Part shown: positions 27,484 to 37,595 of the stretch, one piece after another
How the letters are laid out: every line of letters begins with the position of its first letter
Position numbering within the stretch: the stretch's first letter is position 1
DNA from: Ignavibacteriota bacterium
Lineage (GTDB): Bacteria; Bacteroidota; Ignavibacteria; Palsa-1295
NCBI GenBank assembly: GCA_963776895.1
Contig: CAVZOL010000009.1
Span: 146,030 to 210,029, forward strand
Direction: 5' to 3'
Length of the DNA: 64,000 nucleotides
Made by a program: the position numbers and the translations under genes
Notes under the pieces: generated by a model
Databases searched by the model: none
Told to the model about the DNA's origin: nothing
Seen by the model: the letters and a program-made list of their open reading frames with translations, nothing else

Positions 27484-30400
27484 TTGCGGAATTATGGGTG
27501 GAATGTCTTAGTTTTAAGGCAGTTACTTTTGAACTGCTTCAGTTTTTTTCGGCTCCCATCTATTTTGCGAACACCCGACCGGCTCCATCCCATCCACGCA
27601 TCGCTGCTTGCGATGCTGATTTTACTTGGCTTCGCGGCGGTTTTGCCGGGCATCGGTCACGCGCAAGCAACATTAGTCACGGAGAATAATTTCGTTTCTG
27701 CGCAGGTGAGCACGAATCTCGGTCTAATCACGATCTGGAAAGGCCCCCCTCCTCAGACCGGCGACGATGGACTGACGTTTCCGGGCCACTCCTTTCTGAC
27801 CGTCGAGGTAAATAATGTCTATTATACGTACAACTACTTGGGCGGAGGAGCGGGATCTACGCCGCCGTCGGTAGAGTTGAGTAATCCCGATGCCACGCAG
27901 ATCAAAGATACCATCCGTTGTGTCTGGAAAGAGCAAGGCTTCGACATTGTGCAGAATGTTTGGCCGGTGCAATTTGCCAATAGCGGCGTGATCGTCATCA
28001 GCGTGAAGATCGTCAATCATGGATCGAACGACCTCCCTGCTCAAGCGGAGTTCCTGCTCAATAACGAGAATAGTACTGCCTCCGGTGCAAACGATAACCC
28101 GGATCTTATCACCAACAATGGGTTTATTACGAATACTAAGTTCAATCCAATTTGGCAGAATTGCCCGCAGGATGCACCCTTGCCAAGCTTCGACCTGTCA
28201 TTTCAAAATCATCCAAGCGCTGTGAATTTGGAAACGGTAGGGGCTGGATATTTCGACAACACCTACACGCCAAGCCCGATCGGACTCTTGCCGCTCTCCT
28301 TAGTCCAATTCGGTTACTGGCCAGACATGGAAGCCGTTACCTGGGGGCCGGCAACTCCTAATGCAAGCGATTTCGGCGATGATGCGACGCTCATGGTTGG
28401 CGAACCATCGGATGCCAGTTCTGCCCTTTCTGGCGATAGCGTAACGGAGATTTTCCGCACGGCCTATGGTACGCCCGATTGGTGCTACGATCACGGAGCT
28501 TTGGTCGGAGTTGCAATGTATCCCCATCATCTCGTTTGGGATCAGGCTACGCTGAGCTATTCGCCGAATCCGTTTCAGGTACAAACCTTTCTGTTCACCG
28601 ACGATGTCGGCGGCGCGGACGGCGTCAGCCTTCGCCAAACGGTTGCGAACCCGATTCACATTACCAGCCCGAAGCCCGTGGGGCCTTCGAACAACGATAC
28701 CACACAGCTTCAAAACGTCGGACCCATCGGCGCAGGCGGAGTAGCCATCCTGAATTGGACCGATTCCGTGGTTATTTCACCGGCTCCCTGCACAGGAACG
28801 TTCCCGGTGAATATCGACTTCAGCCCGACTGCCGAAACCACCGATACGTCACCGACAGTATTCGTCGATAATCCCTGGGGCTGCCCTATCGAGGTCGATT
28901 GCGCGCACCCCGATATTACCCCGCCAAAATTTCGTAACTCCTTCACGGAATGCGACTCGATCGAGCACGATACCGTTACCGTCCATGACGACACGCTCTA
29001 CGATACCGGGTTGAAGGACATTACCTACACCTCGCCAAACCTGACGGCTGCGCAATATAGCGTGACCATCGATCCCCCGCCGCCGTATAATTGCATCGAC
29101 ACATCCGTGAAGATTTTCGTCCAGCAAGTCGATACGGTGCATAGCGGGCTTGTGGTCTTTACATTCACGGACTGCGCTGGGAATGTAAGCATGGATACCG
29201 TCTGCTTCACAGCCCACCCGCCGGTTCCCGATCTGACGGCCCCACGCTTCTGGATCGATTCCGCTGTGGCCGATTGCCATGCCGAGTGCCAGGAGTGGAA
29301 TGTAACGGATTCCGTGACGAGCGCTACCAGCATCGACCGCGGCGTGGATTCTCTCGTCATTGTTTCGAACACGAATATGATCCTTTCGGGAGTTCCCGCC
29401 GGAGGGAAGTTTCCGCCCGCTACCGCCAAAGCCACGTTCCACGTCTGCGTGATGGATTCCCTGCTCAATGGATCGATCATTCTTCGCGCGAACGACACCT
29501 CGCACAATTTCTCCTTCGACACGATCACCTATTGCACCACGGCGGATACACTTCCACCCGTCATCACGCCAACCGATTCAACGACATTCTGGCATGTCCA
29601 TGTTACGGAAACCCGTCCGTGGGATCGCGGTATTGATTCGGTGTGGCTCGAACAGACAAGTAATGTGACAACAGTTCCTGTGTTGCCGGTGCATCCTGCC
29701 GAATGTCCTTCTGCGTTCGATTTTGACATCAGCCCTATCGACACGGCGCTGTGCGCGAGCGCAATGATCTATGCGAAAGATTGCGCAGGCAACGTTGATT
29801 CCACACCATATACGTTCACAAAGGGTGCGATTCCTGTGATCGCGGCATCGAAGACAACACTTTGCAGCACGGCGGATTCTGCGGTCCTGGATGCGGGTAG
29901 TGGTTACACAGGATATAAATGGTCCAATGGAGACACAACGGAGAAAATAACCGTGGGCGCTGGAATGTATTCGGTCGTAGTACAGGAGGGTTCCGGTTGT
30001 CCGGCAACGTCTCAACCAACAACGATAATCCTGTCGCAGGCAACGCCGCAGATCACGCCTCCGGGCCCGCTTGCTATCTGCACGCCCGGCACCGAAACAC
30101 TCGATGCCGGAGCGGGATTCGCCACGTATCAATGGCTGAGGGATGGCTCTGTTATGACGGACACCACATCTGAAACAGTTACGGTTGGCACTACCGGAAA
30201 CTACACCGTGCAAGTAACAAATGCCGCCGGTTGCTCAGGAACTTCACAGCCCGTATCGGTCACGATCAATCCCCTGCCATCGGTTCCCACCATTTCAGCC
30301 GCCAATGAGGTGCTGACTGCGACGAGTACAACGCCGAATGTAACCTATCGATGGTCGCGCAACGGCACGGCGGTTCCCGGCGCGACGAGCCAGACCACTA

Positions 30401-31155
30401 TCGATTCCACCGGAGGTAGTTATACCGTAACGGTTACCGATGCCAATGGCTGCATGAGCACGTCACAGCCGTTCTCGACTTCCGGCACGACAACCATATC
30501 GGTTCAATCGATGGTGTTTGCGCAACAGTCGCAGCAGGTAACTATTCCGCTTACCGTCTCGAATGCGCAGGGCGTTCCGGCAGGTGCTCTTAATTTCAGC
30601 GTCACGATCGCATGCAACAAAACGCTGTTGGTTCCAACGCCTGGCTCGTTCTCATCCATGACCGTGGTTGGCGATAGCCTCATCATAGTCTATACTGGCT
30701 CCGGTTCCCCTTCGAATGGGACCTTGATGAAACTTCCATTCACGGCTGCGCTTGGGGACGATAGTTGTACCTCTGTAACGATCGATGCGTTCTCGTGGAG
30801 CGCGCCTAATATAACGGTGACGACGCAAAACGGCAATTTCTGCCTGAGCAACGTCTGCTATCAGGGCGGACCGCAGCTTATTAATCCGAATGGAACGGTT
30901 TCTTTGAGCGACCCGATACCGAATCCATCGAACAACAGTATCGAGATCGCCTATTCGCTGATCGAGCAGGGTCAAACCACGCTCATCCTTTACGATCTGC
31001 TGGGGCATGAAGTGCTCCGCATGGTCGATGCCTCGATGGCGCCCGGAACCTATACTGTTGTTGCGGACGTGAGCGCGCTGCCCGCAGGAACATACGTCTA
31101 TTCGCTTCGCACGCCCACGATCGTGAAGTCCAACCATTTGCAGATTTCCCGCTAA
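27484..31155 (+). CDS. Large secreted protein (1,223 aa) with Ig-like repeats and a T9SS C-terminal sorting domain
   Basis: Has an N-terminal TM/signal segment. Repeated Ig-like modules include GYKWSNGDTT, YQWLRDGSV and YRWSRNGTAV. The C-terminal domain reads IPNPSNNSIEIAYSL...GTYVYSLRT. Confidence 0.7.
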   Translation: MRNYGWNVLVLRQLLLNCFSFFRLPSILRTPDRLHPIHASLLAMLILLGFAAVLPGIGHAQATLVTENNFVSAQVSTNLGLITIWKGPPPQTGDDGLTFPGHSFLTVEVNNVYYTYNYLGGGAGSTPPSVELSNPDATQIKDTIRCVWKEQGFDIVQNVWPVQFANSGVIVISVKIVNHGSNDLPAQAEFLLNNENSTASGANDNPDLITNNGFITNTKFNPIWQNCPQDAPLPSFDLSFQNHPSAVNLETVGAGYFDNTYTPSPIGLLPLSLVQFGYWPDMEAVTWGPATPNASDFGDDATLMVGEPSDASSALSGDSVTEIFRTAYGTPDWCYDHGALVGVAMYPHHLVWDQATLSYSPNPFQVQTFLFTDDVGGADGVSLRQTVANPIHITSPKPVGPSNNDTTQLQNVGPIGAGGVAILNWTDSVVISPAPCTGTFPVNIDFSPTAETTDTSPTVFVDNPWGCPIEVDCAHPDITPPKFRNSFTECDSIEHDTVTVHDDTLYDTGLKDITYTSPNLTAAQYSVTIDPPPPYNCIDTSVKIFVQQVDTVHSGLVVFTFTDCAGNVSMDTVCFTAHPPVPDLTAPRFWIDSAVADCHAECQEWNVTDSVTSATSIDRGVDSLVIVSNTNMILSGVPAGGKFPPATAKATFHVCVMDSLLNGSIILRANDTSHNFSFDTITYCTTADTLPPVITPTDSTTFWHVHVTETRPWDRGIDSVWLEQTSNVTTVPVLPVHPAECPSAFDFDISPIDTALCASAMIYAKDCAGNVDSTPYTFTKGAIPVIAASKTTLCSTADSAVLDAGSGYTGYKWSNGDTTEKITVGAGMYSVVVQEGSGCPATSQPTTIILSQATPQITPPGPLAICTPGTETLDAGAGFATYQWLRDGSVMTDTTSETVTVGTTGNYTVQVTNAAGCSGTSQPVSVTINPLPSVPTISAANEVLTATSTTPNVTYRWSRNGTAVPGATSQTTIDSTGGSYTVTVTDANGCMSTSQPFSTSGTTTISVQSMVFAQQSQQVTIPLTVSNAQGVPAGALNFSVTIACNKTLLVPTPGSFSSMTVVGDSLIIVYTGSGSPSNGTLMKLPFTAALGDDSCTSVTIDAFSWSAPNITVTTQNGNFCLSNVCYQGGPQLINPNGTVSLSDPIPNPSNNSIEIAYSLIEQGQTTLILYDLLGHEVLRMVDASMAPGTYTVVADVSALPAGTYVYSLRTPTIVKSNHLQISR

Positions 31156-31168
31156 GAGATCCCGACAC

Positions 31169-31777
31169 ATGAAAAGCTTTGTTCGTAACGCATCGGGACT
31201 CTTCGCAGTCTGTTTGGCATTGCTTGTGCCGAATCTTGTCTCGGCGCAATCGCAACCTTCTGCGCAGTCGCAGCTTCCCCGAATAGATACTTCGAATAGC
31301 ACGTTCGGTATCTTCGGCGATGGTTCCTGGAACTTCGAGAGCGCCAGTTTCCAGACGCTTCCTGGCATCCCGAATTGCTGTACACTTTTTCAGAGTGGAA
31401 ATGGCTTCGGATTTGCGGGCGGCCTGTTTTACGATTACGATGCGTCCGGCCCCAGTCACATTGGCATTCGAGCTGGGATCGGTTCGCTTACAGGAACCCT
31501 CAAGGCCGATGAATCTGTGGAACTCTCCGTCAATGGCGTCGGCCAGCAAGGCATTGTCGAATATACCATTGCATCGACGTTCACCGTAGCAAGCATCGTG
31601 CCGTATTATGCCTACGATCTCGGCGGTCTTCGCCTCATGGCTGGCCCAGACATCGGCATGATCGTAGGGAGTAACTACAATCAGGCGGAAACCATAACTC
31701 AGCCATCGAACGAAGGTGTCTTCGTGAACACGAACGAGCGAACGAGGAACGTGTATTCTGGGAAATCCCATCCCTGA
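31169..31777 (+). CDS. N-terminal beta-barrel part of an OmpA-family protein, frameshifted into the next ORF
   Basis: Has a signal peptide and beta-strand pattern. The reading frame continues into 31803-33218 after an indel near 31760-31775 (GGGAAATCCC). Confidence 0.6.
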   Translation: MKSFVRNASGLFAVCLALLVPNLVSAQSQPSAQSQLPRIDTSNSTFGIFGDGSWNFESASFQTLPGIPNCCTLFQSGNGFGFAGGLFYDYDASGPSHIGIRAGIGSLTGTLKADESVELSVNGVGQQGIVEYTIASTFTVASIVPYYAYDLGGLRLMAGPDIGMIVGSNYNQAETITQPSNEGVFVNTNERTRNVYSGKSHP

Positions 31778-31802
31778 CGCAGCAAAAACTCGGATCGGTA
31801 TC

Positions 31803-33218
31803 ATGGCAGGCGCGTCGTACCCGCTCCCGCTGAACTCCACCGGCTCACTGCATCTTATCCCTGAAGTTTCCTTCGATTATGGACTCACCAATATGGTCAG
31901 CGGTTTGAGCTGGACAGTGAATGCGCTTCGTGCCGGAGTCAGCATTGGCTATACGCCGGTCACAACGATAGAACCACCCGCTCCACCCCCACCGCCTCCT
32001 CCCCCACCGCCCCCTCCGAAGCCGCCAACATTATTTGTAGGGATCAAAGCGTACAGCGTCACCGACGGAGTGAAGGACTCGACCAATCTCTCGGTCGCAG
32101 TCGAGGAATTTTATTCCACGACGCAGACGCCGCTGCTTCCCTTCATTTTCTTTGGCCTCGATAGTTCCACGATCCCATCGCGGTATCACAGCCTCAGCGC
32201 AAGCCAAACTGCCGATTTCGACGAACACAAAAAAACCGACTCGACCAATAATGTGAGCGTCTATCACGACATTTTGAATATCATCGGCAAGCGCATGCGC
32301 GAGCACCCGAACGCGCGACTTACGCTCACCGGATGCACGTCCAACGAGCCGCAGGAACTTGCCGACGAGGGACTCGCGCTTTCCAGAGCGGATAAGGTAG
32401 GAATCTATATTGAGAATACCTGGGGCATTTCACCCAAGCGCATCACGCTCGAAAAGCGTGGGCTGCCCGCGAAACCTTCTTCGCTGACCGAGCAGGATGG
32501 AAAAGAAGAAAATCGCCGCGTGGAAATTGCCGCGTCCGATCCCGCCATTCTTGCGCCGGTTAACCTTGCCGATACGCAGCTTACCACCAATCCGCCCGGC
32601 ATGGAATTCGTCCCGACGGTGCATGCACAGGCCGGCGTGAAAAATTGGGATATGTACGTCACGCAGCCTGTCATGACACTCTATCACGAGCACGGAACGG
32701 GAACGAAGCCGAAAACGTGGGACTGGGATATGCGGTCCGTCTCGGCGAAGATCCCACGTACCGAAGATACCATCGAGTACGGTCTGGACATCACGGACTC
32801 CGCCGGTCAGGAAGTCACGACGACCGGAACGATCCCCGTGCGGCAAAAGACGATCAGTAAGAAACGCCTCGAACGCTTAGCCGATAAAGTTATCGAGCGG
32901 TACACCCTCGTGCTCTTCGATTTCGGTTCCTCGAAGATCGATCCGCAGAACGAGCGCGCCATAGCGTACATCCGCCAGCAGATCACGCCGGGAACCCAAG
33001 CCTATATCACCGGCTATGCCGACCGTTCCGGCGAGGATACGCTCAATCTGCACCTCACCGAAGACCGCGCGAACAATGTCGCTAAACTCCTCGGAGCAAA
33101 GGATTACGTAGCCAAGGGCGTCGGTAAATCACAACTGCTCTTCGATAACAATACCCCCGAAGGCCGCTTCTATTCCCGCACGGTTAATATTACGCTGTAT
33201 AAGACGATCAATCAGTAG
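31803..33218 (+). CDS. OmpA-family protein: end of the barrel, a poly-Pro linker and two OmpA-like domains
   Basis: The linker is PPAPPPPPPPPPPPPKPP. The C-terminal OmpA motif is LFDFGSSKI...TGYADRSG...NLHLTEDRANNV. Confidence 0.75.
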   Translation: MAGASYPLPLNSTGSLHLIPEVSFDYGLTNMVSGLSWTVNALRAGVSIGYTPVTTIEPPAPPPPPPPPPPPPKPPTLFVGIKAYSVTDGVKDSTNLSVAVEEFYSTTQTPLLPFIFFGLDSSTIPSRYHSLSASQTADFDEHKKTDSTNNVSVYHDILNIIGKRMREHPNARLTLTGCTSNEPQELADEGLALSRADKVGIYIENTWGISPKRITLEKRGLPAKPSSLTEQDGKEENRRVEIAASDPAILAPVNLADTQLTTNPPGMEFVPTVHAQAGVKNWDMYVTQPVMTLYHEHGTGTKPKTWDWDMRSVSAKIPRTEDTIEYGLDITDSAGQEVTTTGTIPVRQKTISKKRLERLADKVIERYTLVLFDFGSSKIDPQNERAIAYIRQQITPGTQAYITGYADRSGEDTLNLHLTEDRANNVAKLLGAKDYVAKGVGKSQLLFDNNTPEGRFYSRTVNITLYKTINQ

Positions 33219-33356
33219 GGGCAGAGTGCTTGTCCCTATGACACGCATTTTGTTGAAGATTTTTTTGTAACCCGAGCGACCCTGTGCGTTCTTGTCTATG
33301 GAGGGTTTGATGTTCTATCTTGCTCCCCTGACTTTTTACTAAAATCCTTCAAATCC

Positions 33357-34733
33357 GTGTTTAAAGCGAAATTTGTTCTATTCACGCTGTTTTCGTGCTT
33401 TGCGTTCATCTCCGGTGCGGAGGCACAACAATGGCAAGTTACTCATCACACGTCGAGTGCTGTGGGTGAGGGTATCTACCAGTACAATGCTGTTTCTTGT
33501 CACGGAGAGGTGAGTATGGTTATTTGCGAGAAGAATGTTCTTGATTCAGGAGTACACGTTCAGGTGTTCGTCTTTCTTCGGAGCAATAATGGTGGTCAAT
33601 CATGGCAGGAGTTCGATCCTCCACTGTTGCAGAATTATGGAATTTCTGCCGGTAATTATGAACTCAGCGGGATACAGGTGATTGACTCGAATAACATTGT
33701 CGTGTGTGGGTCCGCAGGTGTTATTCTCCGCACATTCGATGGAGGGGTAACGTGGACAAAACAGAGTTTTTCCGATTCCTCTACTATTCCAGACTTTACA
33801 TGTGTTCATTTTTCCGATCCTGCAACGGGAATCGTTACAGCAAATGGTAATGTAATAATAAACGGTAATCAGGCAGGAACTCCCGACCTTTATACTACGA
33901 CAGACAGTGGGAACCACTGGAAACCTGTTCCCCTCCCAACCGATCCGAGCCTGACCATTGGACATTCCTATGGTGCGGGGATTTACCGAGTTGCGTTTCC
34001 CAGCAACTCCACTTCCATTGAGAACGAAATATACACTACGCACGATAATTGGGATACCTACGACTCAGCCAAAGTAGCTGGTCCGCTCACGCTCGATCTC
34101 TTGGGGTACAGTTTCGGATTAGGCGATACTATAGTAGCTTACAATTTGAACGGAAGCCCCGATCCTGAGCTGACAACGGACGGTGGACTGTCATGGCTGG
34201 AACCAAGCAACCTAAATGATTCTACTTTTGATGCCACGGACATGTCATCATTGGATCAAAACCCAGTTTTCTTGGTAGGTGGGGAATTCGACTCGACCCG
34301 CTTTAATAATGTATTTGTCAGTTTCGATAATGGGACGACATGGCAAACCCGACTTATACAATCTGCAAATGACACTCCAATTTTTTGGATCAGGCACGTT
34401 GCAGTAACAGGAAGTGGCGAGGCTGTTGCAATAATTGTTGCACAGCGTGGCGCAGGTCAGAACGTTGAACAGGACTACCTGGGGTACCTTGCACCCATTC
34501 AGGCCAGCGTCAATGCACCGTCTCCCCTTCCATCCAATTTTGCAATTTATCCCAATCCCGCGACAAACGAAATTCAAGTCACATCGAGTGAAGGAAATAT
34601 TTCAATTCTCGATCCGCTTGGCCGTAGTTATGAGGTGAAGCAAACCAGCAACACGCTCGATGTTTCAGCGCTTCCATCTGGCGTGTATTTCATAAGCGAT
34701 GGCGTGAGCCGTGCTAAGTTTGTGAAGAAATAG
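33357..34733 (+). CDS. BNR/Asp-box beta-propeller protein (Ycf48-like) with a T9SS sorting domain
   Basis: Asp-boxes are SNNGGQSW, TFDGGVTW, TTDSGNHW, TTDGGLSW and SFDNGTTW. The C-terminal domain reads IYPNPATNEIQV...GVYFISDG. Confidence 0.7.
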   Translation: MFKAKFVLFTLFSCFAFISGAEAQQWQVTHHTSSAVGEGIYQYNAVSCHGEVSMVICEKNVLDSGVHVQVFVFLRSNNGGQSWQEFDPPLLQNYGISAGNYELSGIQVIDSNNIVVCGSAGVILRTFDGGVTWTKQSFSDSSTIPDFTCVHFSDPATGIVTANGNVIINGNQAGTPDLYTTTDSGNHWKPVPLPTDPSLTIGHSYGAGIYRVAFPSNSTSIENEIYTTHDNWDTYDSAKVAGPLTLDLLGYSFGLGDTIVAYNLNGSPDPELTTDGGLSWLEPSNLNDSTFDATDMSSLDQNPVFLVGGEFDSTRFNNVFVSFDNGTTWQTRLIQSANDTPIFWIRHVAVTGSGEAVAIIVAQRGAGQNVEQDYLGYLAPIQASVNAPSPLPSNFAIYPNPATNEIQVTSSEGNISILDPLGRSYEVKQTSNTLDVSALPSGVYFISDGVSRAKFVKK

Positions 34734-34920
34734 CACCCAGCCGCTCTTCTCGTACCACCTTCATCGTTCCATCGGGCTGCGGCACCACCCATTGCAGGAG
34801 GTTGGGTTCCGGAGAGATCACCATCGGCTCGCCGGAGCGGCGGTGGGCTTCTATTACTTTATCTATGGCGCGCTGTCCTGCTTCAATTACTTGATCCATA
34901 TTTCCTCCATAATTCTCCAT
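34714..34920 (-). CDS. Small hypothetical protein (68 aa) downstream of the zeta-like gene
   Basis: Internal Met of track ORF 34714-35076 (MENYGGNMDQV...). No motif recognised. Confidence 0.25.
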   Translation of the reverse strand: MENYGGNMDQVIEAGQRAIDKVIEAHRRSGEPMVISPEPNLLQWVVPQPDGTMKVVREERLGAISSQT

Positions 34921-35472
34921 ACATAAATTCATCAACAACAATTCGTTTCGTCGAAGTGCCGGAAGCAATCTTACCGAAGATTTGTGAAGAGTTATCGAAT
35001 AATTGCCACTCATCAGCCATTGGAAGATAGAGATCGAAGAAATTTTGCAGGCTGCGGTCGTATCTGCGGAGCACATCTTCGCGCGGCACGTTGTGTCCTC
35101 CCTCGCGTACCCGCTCCGCGATCCGACTCAGTGAAAGTTCTACGGAGTTGAGATAAATGTAATAGAGCCGAACATCATAGCCGATCTCTTTTGCCATTTC
35201 AATGAGAGAAAGATAGGTTTTCCCGCTCAAGGTCGTCTCTAACGCGAAGGAGATCTTTTCGTCGATGAGTTGGTGAACGCGCGTGAGAAGAATTCTCCCT
35301 GCCTCGATCATCGCACCTCCGGCTCGAACGGTGAAATACCCTTCGCGATGAGGTCGGGATTGACGAATTCGCGGACGTTCGTGTACTCCGGTAAATAGGT
35401 ATTGATGAACGTCGTCTTGCCCGCCCCGTTCGGGCCGGCGATGAGGAGTAGTTCGAGATTTGTGTCGGGCAT
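34883..35472 (-). pseudogene. Zeta-toxin/AAA-like P-loop kinase gene with one frameshift
   Basis: My own translation from the ATG at 35472 gives [30 protein letters not shown]...PFEPEVR followed by a stop. It continues in the frame of the track ORF ([16 protein letters not shown]...). The indel is near 35320. Confidence 0.6.
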
Positions 35473-35492
35473 GCGTTTCGGGAAGATGATAC

Positions 35493-35894
35493 TTACCGAA
35501 ATGGGTTTCGGATCGTAAGCGTCCTATCGACGATGAGGCCATCCTGCATGTCTTCACTGTAAAACTCTGAGGCCCCTGCCTGAAGTGCGGCGGCGATCAT
35601 CAAGCTGTCCCAATGAGAAAAATGGTATTGGTTGCGTAGCTCGCTGGCTTTCAGGAAGTCATGTTCGGTTGGGATGATCGGCTCATAATGCCTGTAGAAG
35701 CTACGGATAATTTTTTGAATTTGCGATTCATCAAAATGAGCTTTTCGAAGCAACGAATTGCAGACTTCTCCGATGGTCTGCAAAGAAATACCGATGTCAC
35801 CCAACGCTATCAATTGTTTGGCGCGTTCATGTTTGGAAAGTCCCTGGCTATCGGTGAACGCATAGAACCAGACGTTTGTATCCAAAAACTTCAC
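35493..35894 (-). CDS. vapC: PIN-domain ribonuclease toxin
   Basis: [12 protein letters not shown] (first acidic residue) and [11 protein letters not shown]...FYSEDMQ fit the PIN fold. Length is 133 aa. Confidence 0.8.
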   Translation of the reverse strand: MKFLDTNVWFYAFTDSQGLSKHERAKQLIALGDIGISLQTIGEVCNSLLRKAHFDESQIQKIIRSFYRHYEPIIPTEHDFLKASELRNQYHFSHWDSLMIAAALQAGASEFYSEDMQDGLIVDRTLTIRNPFR

Positions 35895-35897
35895 TTC

Positions 35898-36155
35898 TTA
35901 GCGTCCTTCATAGATTTCGTCACGCGTGGGCGCCTTTATACCAGGAATGATGATAGGATTCTCGAGATAATACTCAATAGCATCTTCGTCTTCGCGCATC
36001 GGTCGGCGAGGCGGAATATCGTCAACGATTGGTGGCACAGTGACTTTTACATGGAGCAGTTTTTTTCGTGCAAGTTCATTGCGGTATTGATCGGGAACAG
36101 GGATAGTCCCTTCCTTGCTCAAGTGCGTATCAAACTCGATGTAGTCCATAAACAT
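35898..36155 (-). CDS. Antitoxin (AbrB/SpoVT-like) of the PIN toxin
   Basis: 85 aa, ending 3 nt upstream of the PIN start. The N-terminus has a swapped-hairpin-like pattern (GTIPVPDQYRNELARKKLLHVKV). Confidence 0.55.
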   Translation of the reverse strand: MFMDYIEFDTHLSKEGTIPVPDQYRNELARKKLLHVKVTVPPIVDDIPPRRPMREDEDAIEYYLENPIIIPGIKAPTRDEIYEGR

Positions 36156-36509
36156 ACAAACCCCCGCGCCACAGAATTAGTTGAGTCATGCGAAAACTCT
36201 TACGCACCGTTCGGATCTCGAAATTTTCGTTTTTAAACATCCTCGCCAAAAATGTGCTATATTAGGCACTACTATAATGAGCACCTATTCTTGGAGAAAT
36301 TCAAAATAGAACCACGATTCACCGGATTTTCAGGATAAGGAAAAGAATGGAAAACATAGCTTTCATTATGAACGAGTTCCTTGAGAAAGGCAGTTATCAA
36401 CATTTGTCACAGCAAATGGTGAAATCATCTCAGAATTGAGGGTCGATTGTGAGTAATCGGGAACTCACAAAAAAGAAAAACGGCACCTATTTCACGGAGA
36501 CACATAATT

Positions 36510-37544
36510 ATGCGAGGAACAACATTACTTACACAAAACCGCTTCGAAACCACACACCGCGAAACCTTCGACGACGGCTGGGAAACCTTAGCCGAAGAAT
36601 TACCGGTACTTCAAACTCAATTTCTCCCGGACCACGCGAAAAGCATTCTGTTCAAGAACGACAGCCCGGACATACCGACGGCCTATTCGCTGAACGCCTA
36701 TCGCGGATGCGAGCATGGCTGCGCGTATTGCCGCGCCAGGCCGTATCACGAATATCTCGGATTTAATGCCGGCATTGATTTCGAAACGAAAATTATGGTC
36801 AAGCACGACGCGCCGGAATTGCTGCGGAAGGAATTCAGCAATCCGCATTGGATGCCGCAGTGCATTATGATGAGCGGCAACACGGATTGCTATCAGCCCG
36901 CCGAACGCACGCATCAACTGACGCGGAAATTGCTCGAAGTGTTTCTGGAATTTCGAAATCCAGTGAGCATTCTTACGAAGAACGCGCTCATCCTGCGCGA
37001 TCTCGATCTGCTGAAAGAACTCGCGCAGTTAAATCTGGTGCGAACGATGCTTTCGATCACATCCATCGATCCGGAACTTCGCCGCAAGCTGGAACCGCGC
37101 ACTTCAACGGCAGATAGAAAATTCCACGCAATGGCCGAGCTTGCAAAAGCAAATGTTCCGGTTGGCGTGATGGTCGGGCCGATCATTCCGGGATTGAACG
37201 ACAATGAAGTTCCCCAAATTCTGAAACGCGCAAGCGAGAATGGCGCGAAATGGGTCGCGCATACGATCCTGCGATTGCCCTACGCCGTCGCTCCGATCTT
37301 TACGGACTGGCTCGAAAAGAATTACCCGGAAAAAGCAGGACGCGTTATTACACGTATTCGGATGATCCGCAACGGGAAGTTAAACGATCCGAATTGGGGC
37401 ACACGCATGTCGGGTTTGGGCGGCTATGCGGATTATATGCACAAGGTCATCGAGGCGCTCTCGCTGAAATATGGCATGACGGGCCACCGGGAACCGCTAT
37501 CGGTGGATCAGTTTCGACGAGCGGGCGCGTGGGGGTTGTTTTGA
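36510..37544 (+). CDS. Radical-SAM protein, PA0069/SplB-like family
   Basis: CEHGCAYC is a CxxxCxxC cluster motif. The Elp3-like core and length fit the family. Confidence 0.75.
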   Translation: MRGTTLLTQNRFETTHRETFDDGWETLAEELPVLQTQFLPDHAKSILFKNDSPDIPTAYSLNAYRGCEHGCAYCRARPYHEYLGFNAGIDFETKIMVKHDAPELLRKEFSNPHWMPQCIMMSGNTDCYQPAERTHQLTRKLLEVFLEFRNPVSILTKNALILRDLDLLKELAQLNLVRTMLSITSIDPELRRKLEPRTSTADRKFHAMAELAKANVPVGVMVGPIIPGLNDNEVPQILKRASENGAKWVAHTILRLPYAVAPIFTDWLEKNYPEKAGRVITRIRMIRNGKLNDPNWGTRMSGLGGYADYMHKVIEALSLKYGMTGHREPLSVDQFRRAGAWGLF

Positions 37545-37595
37545 AGGATAAATTAATCAGCACTTTCTATCTTATATTTTTGTATTCTCAAGACG

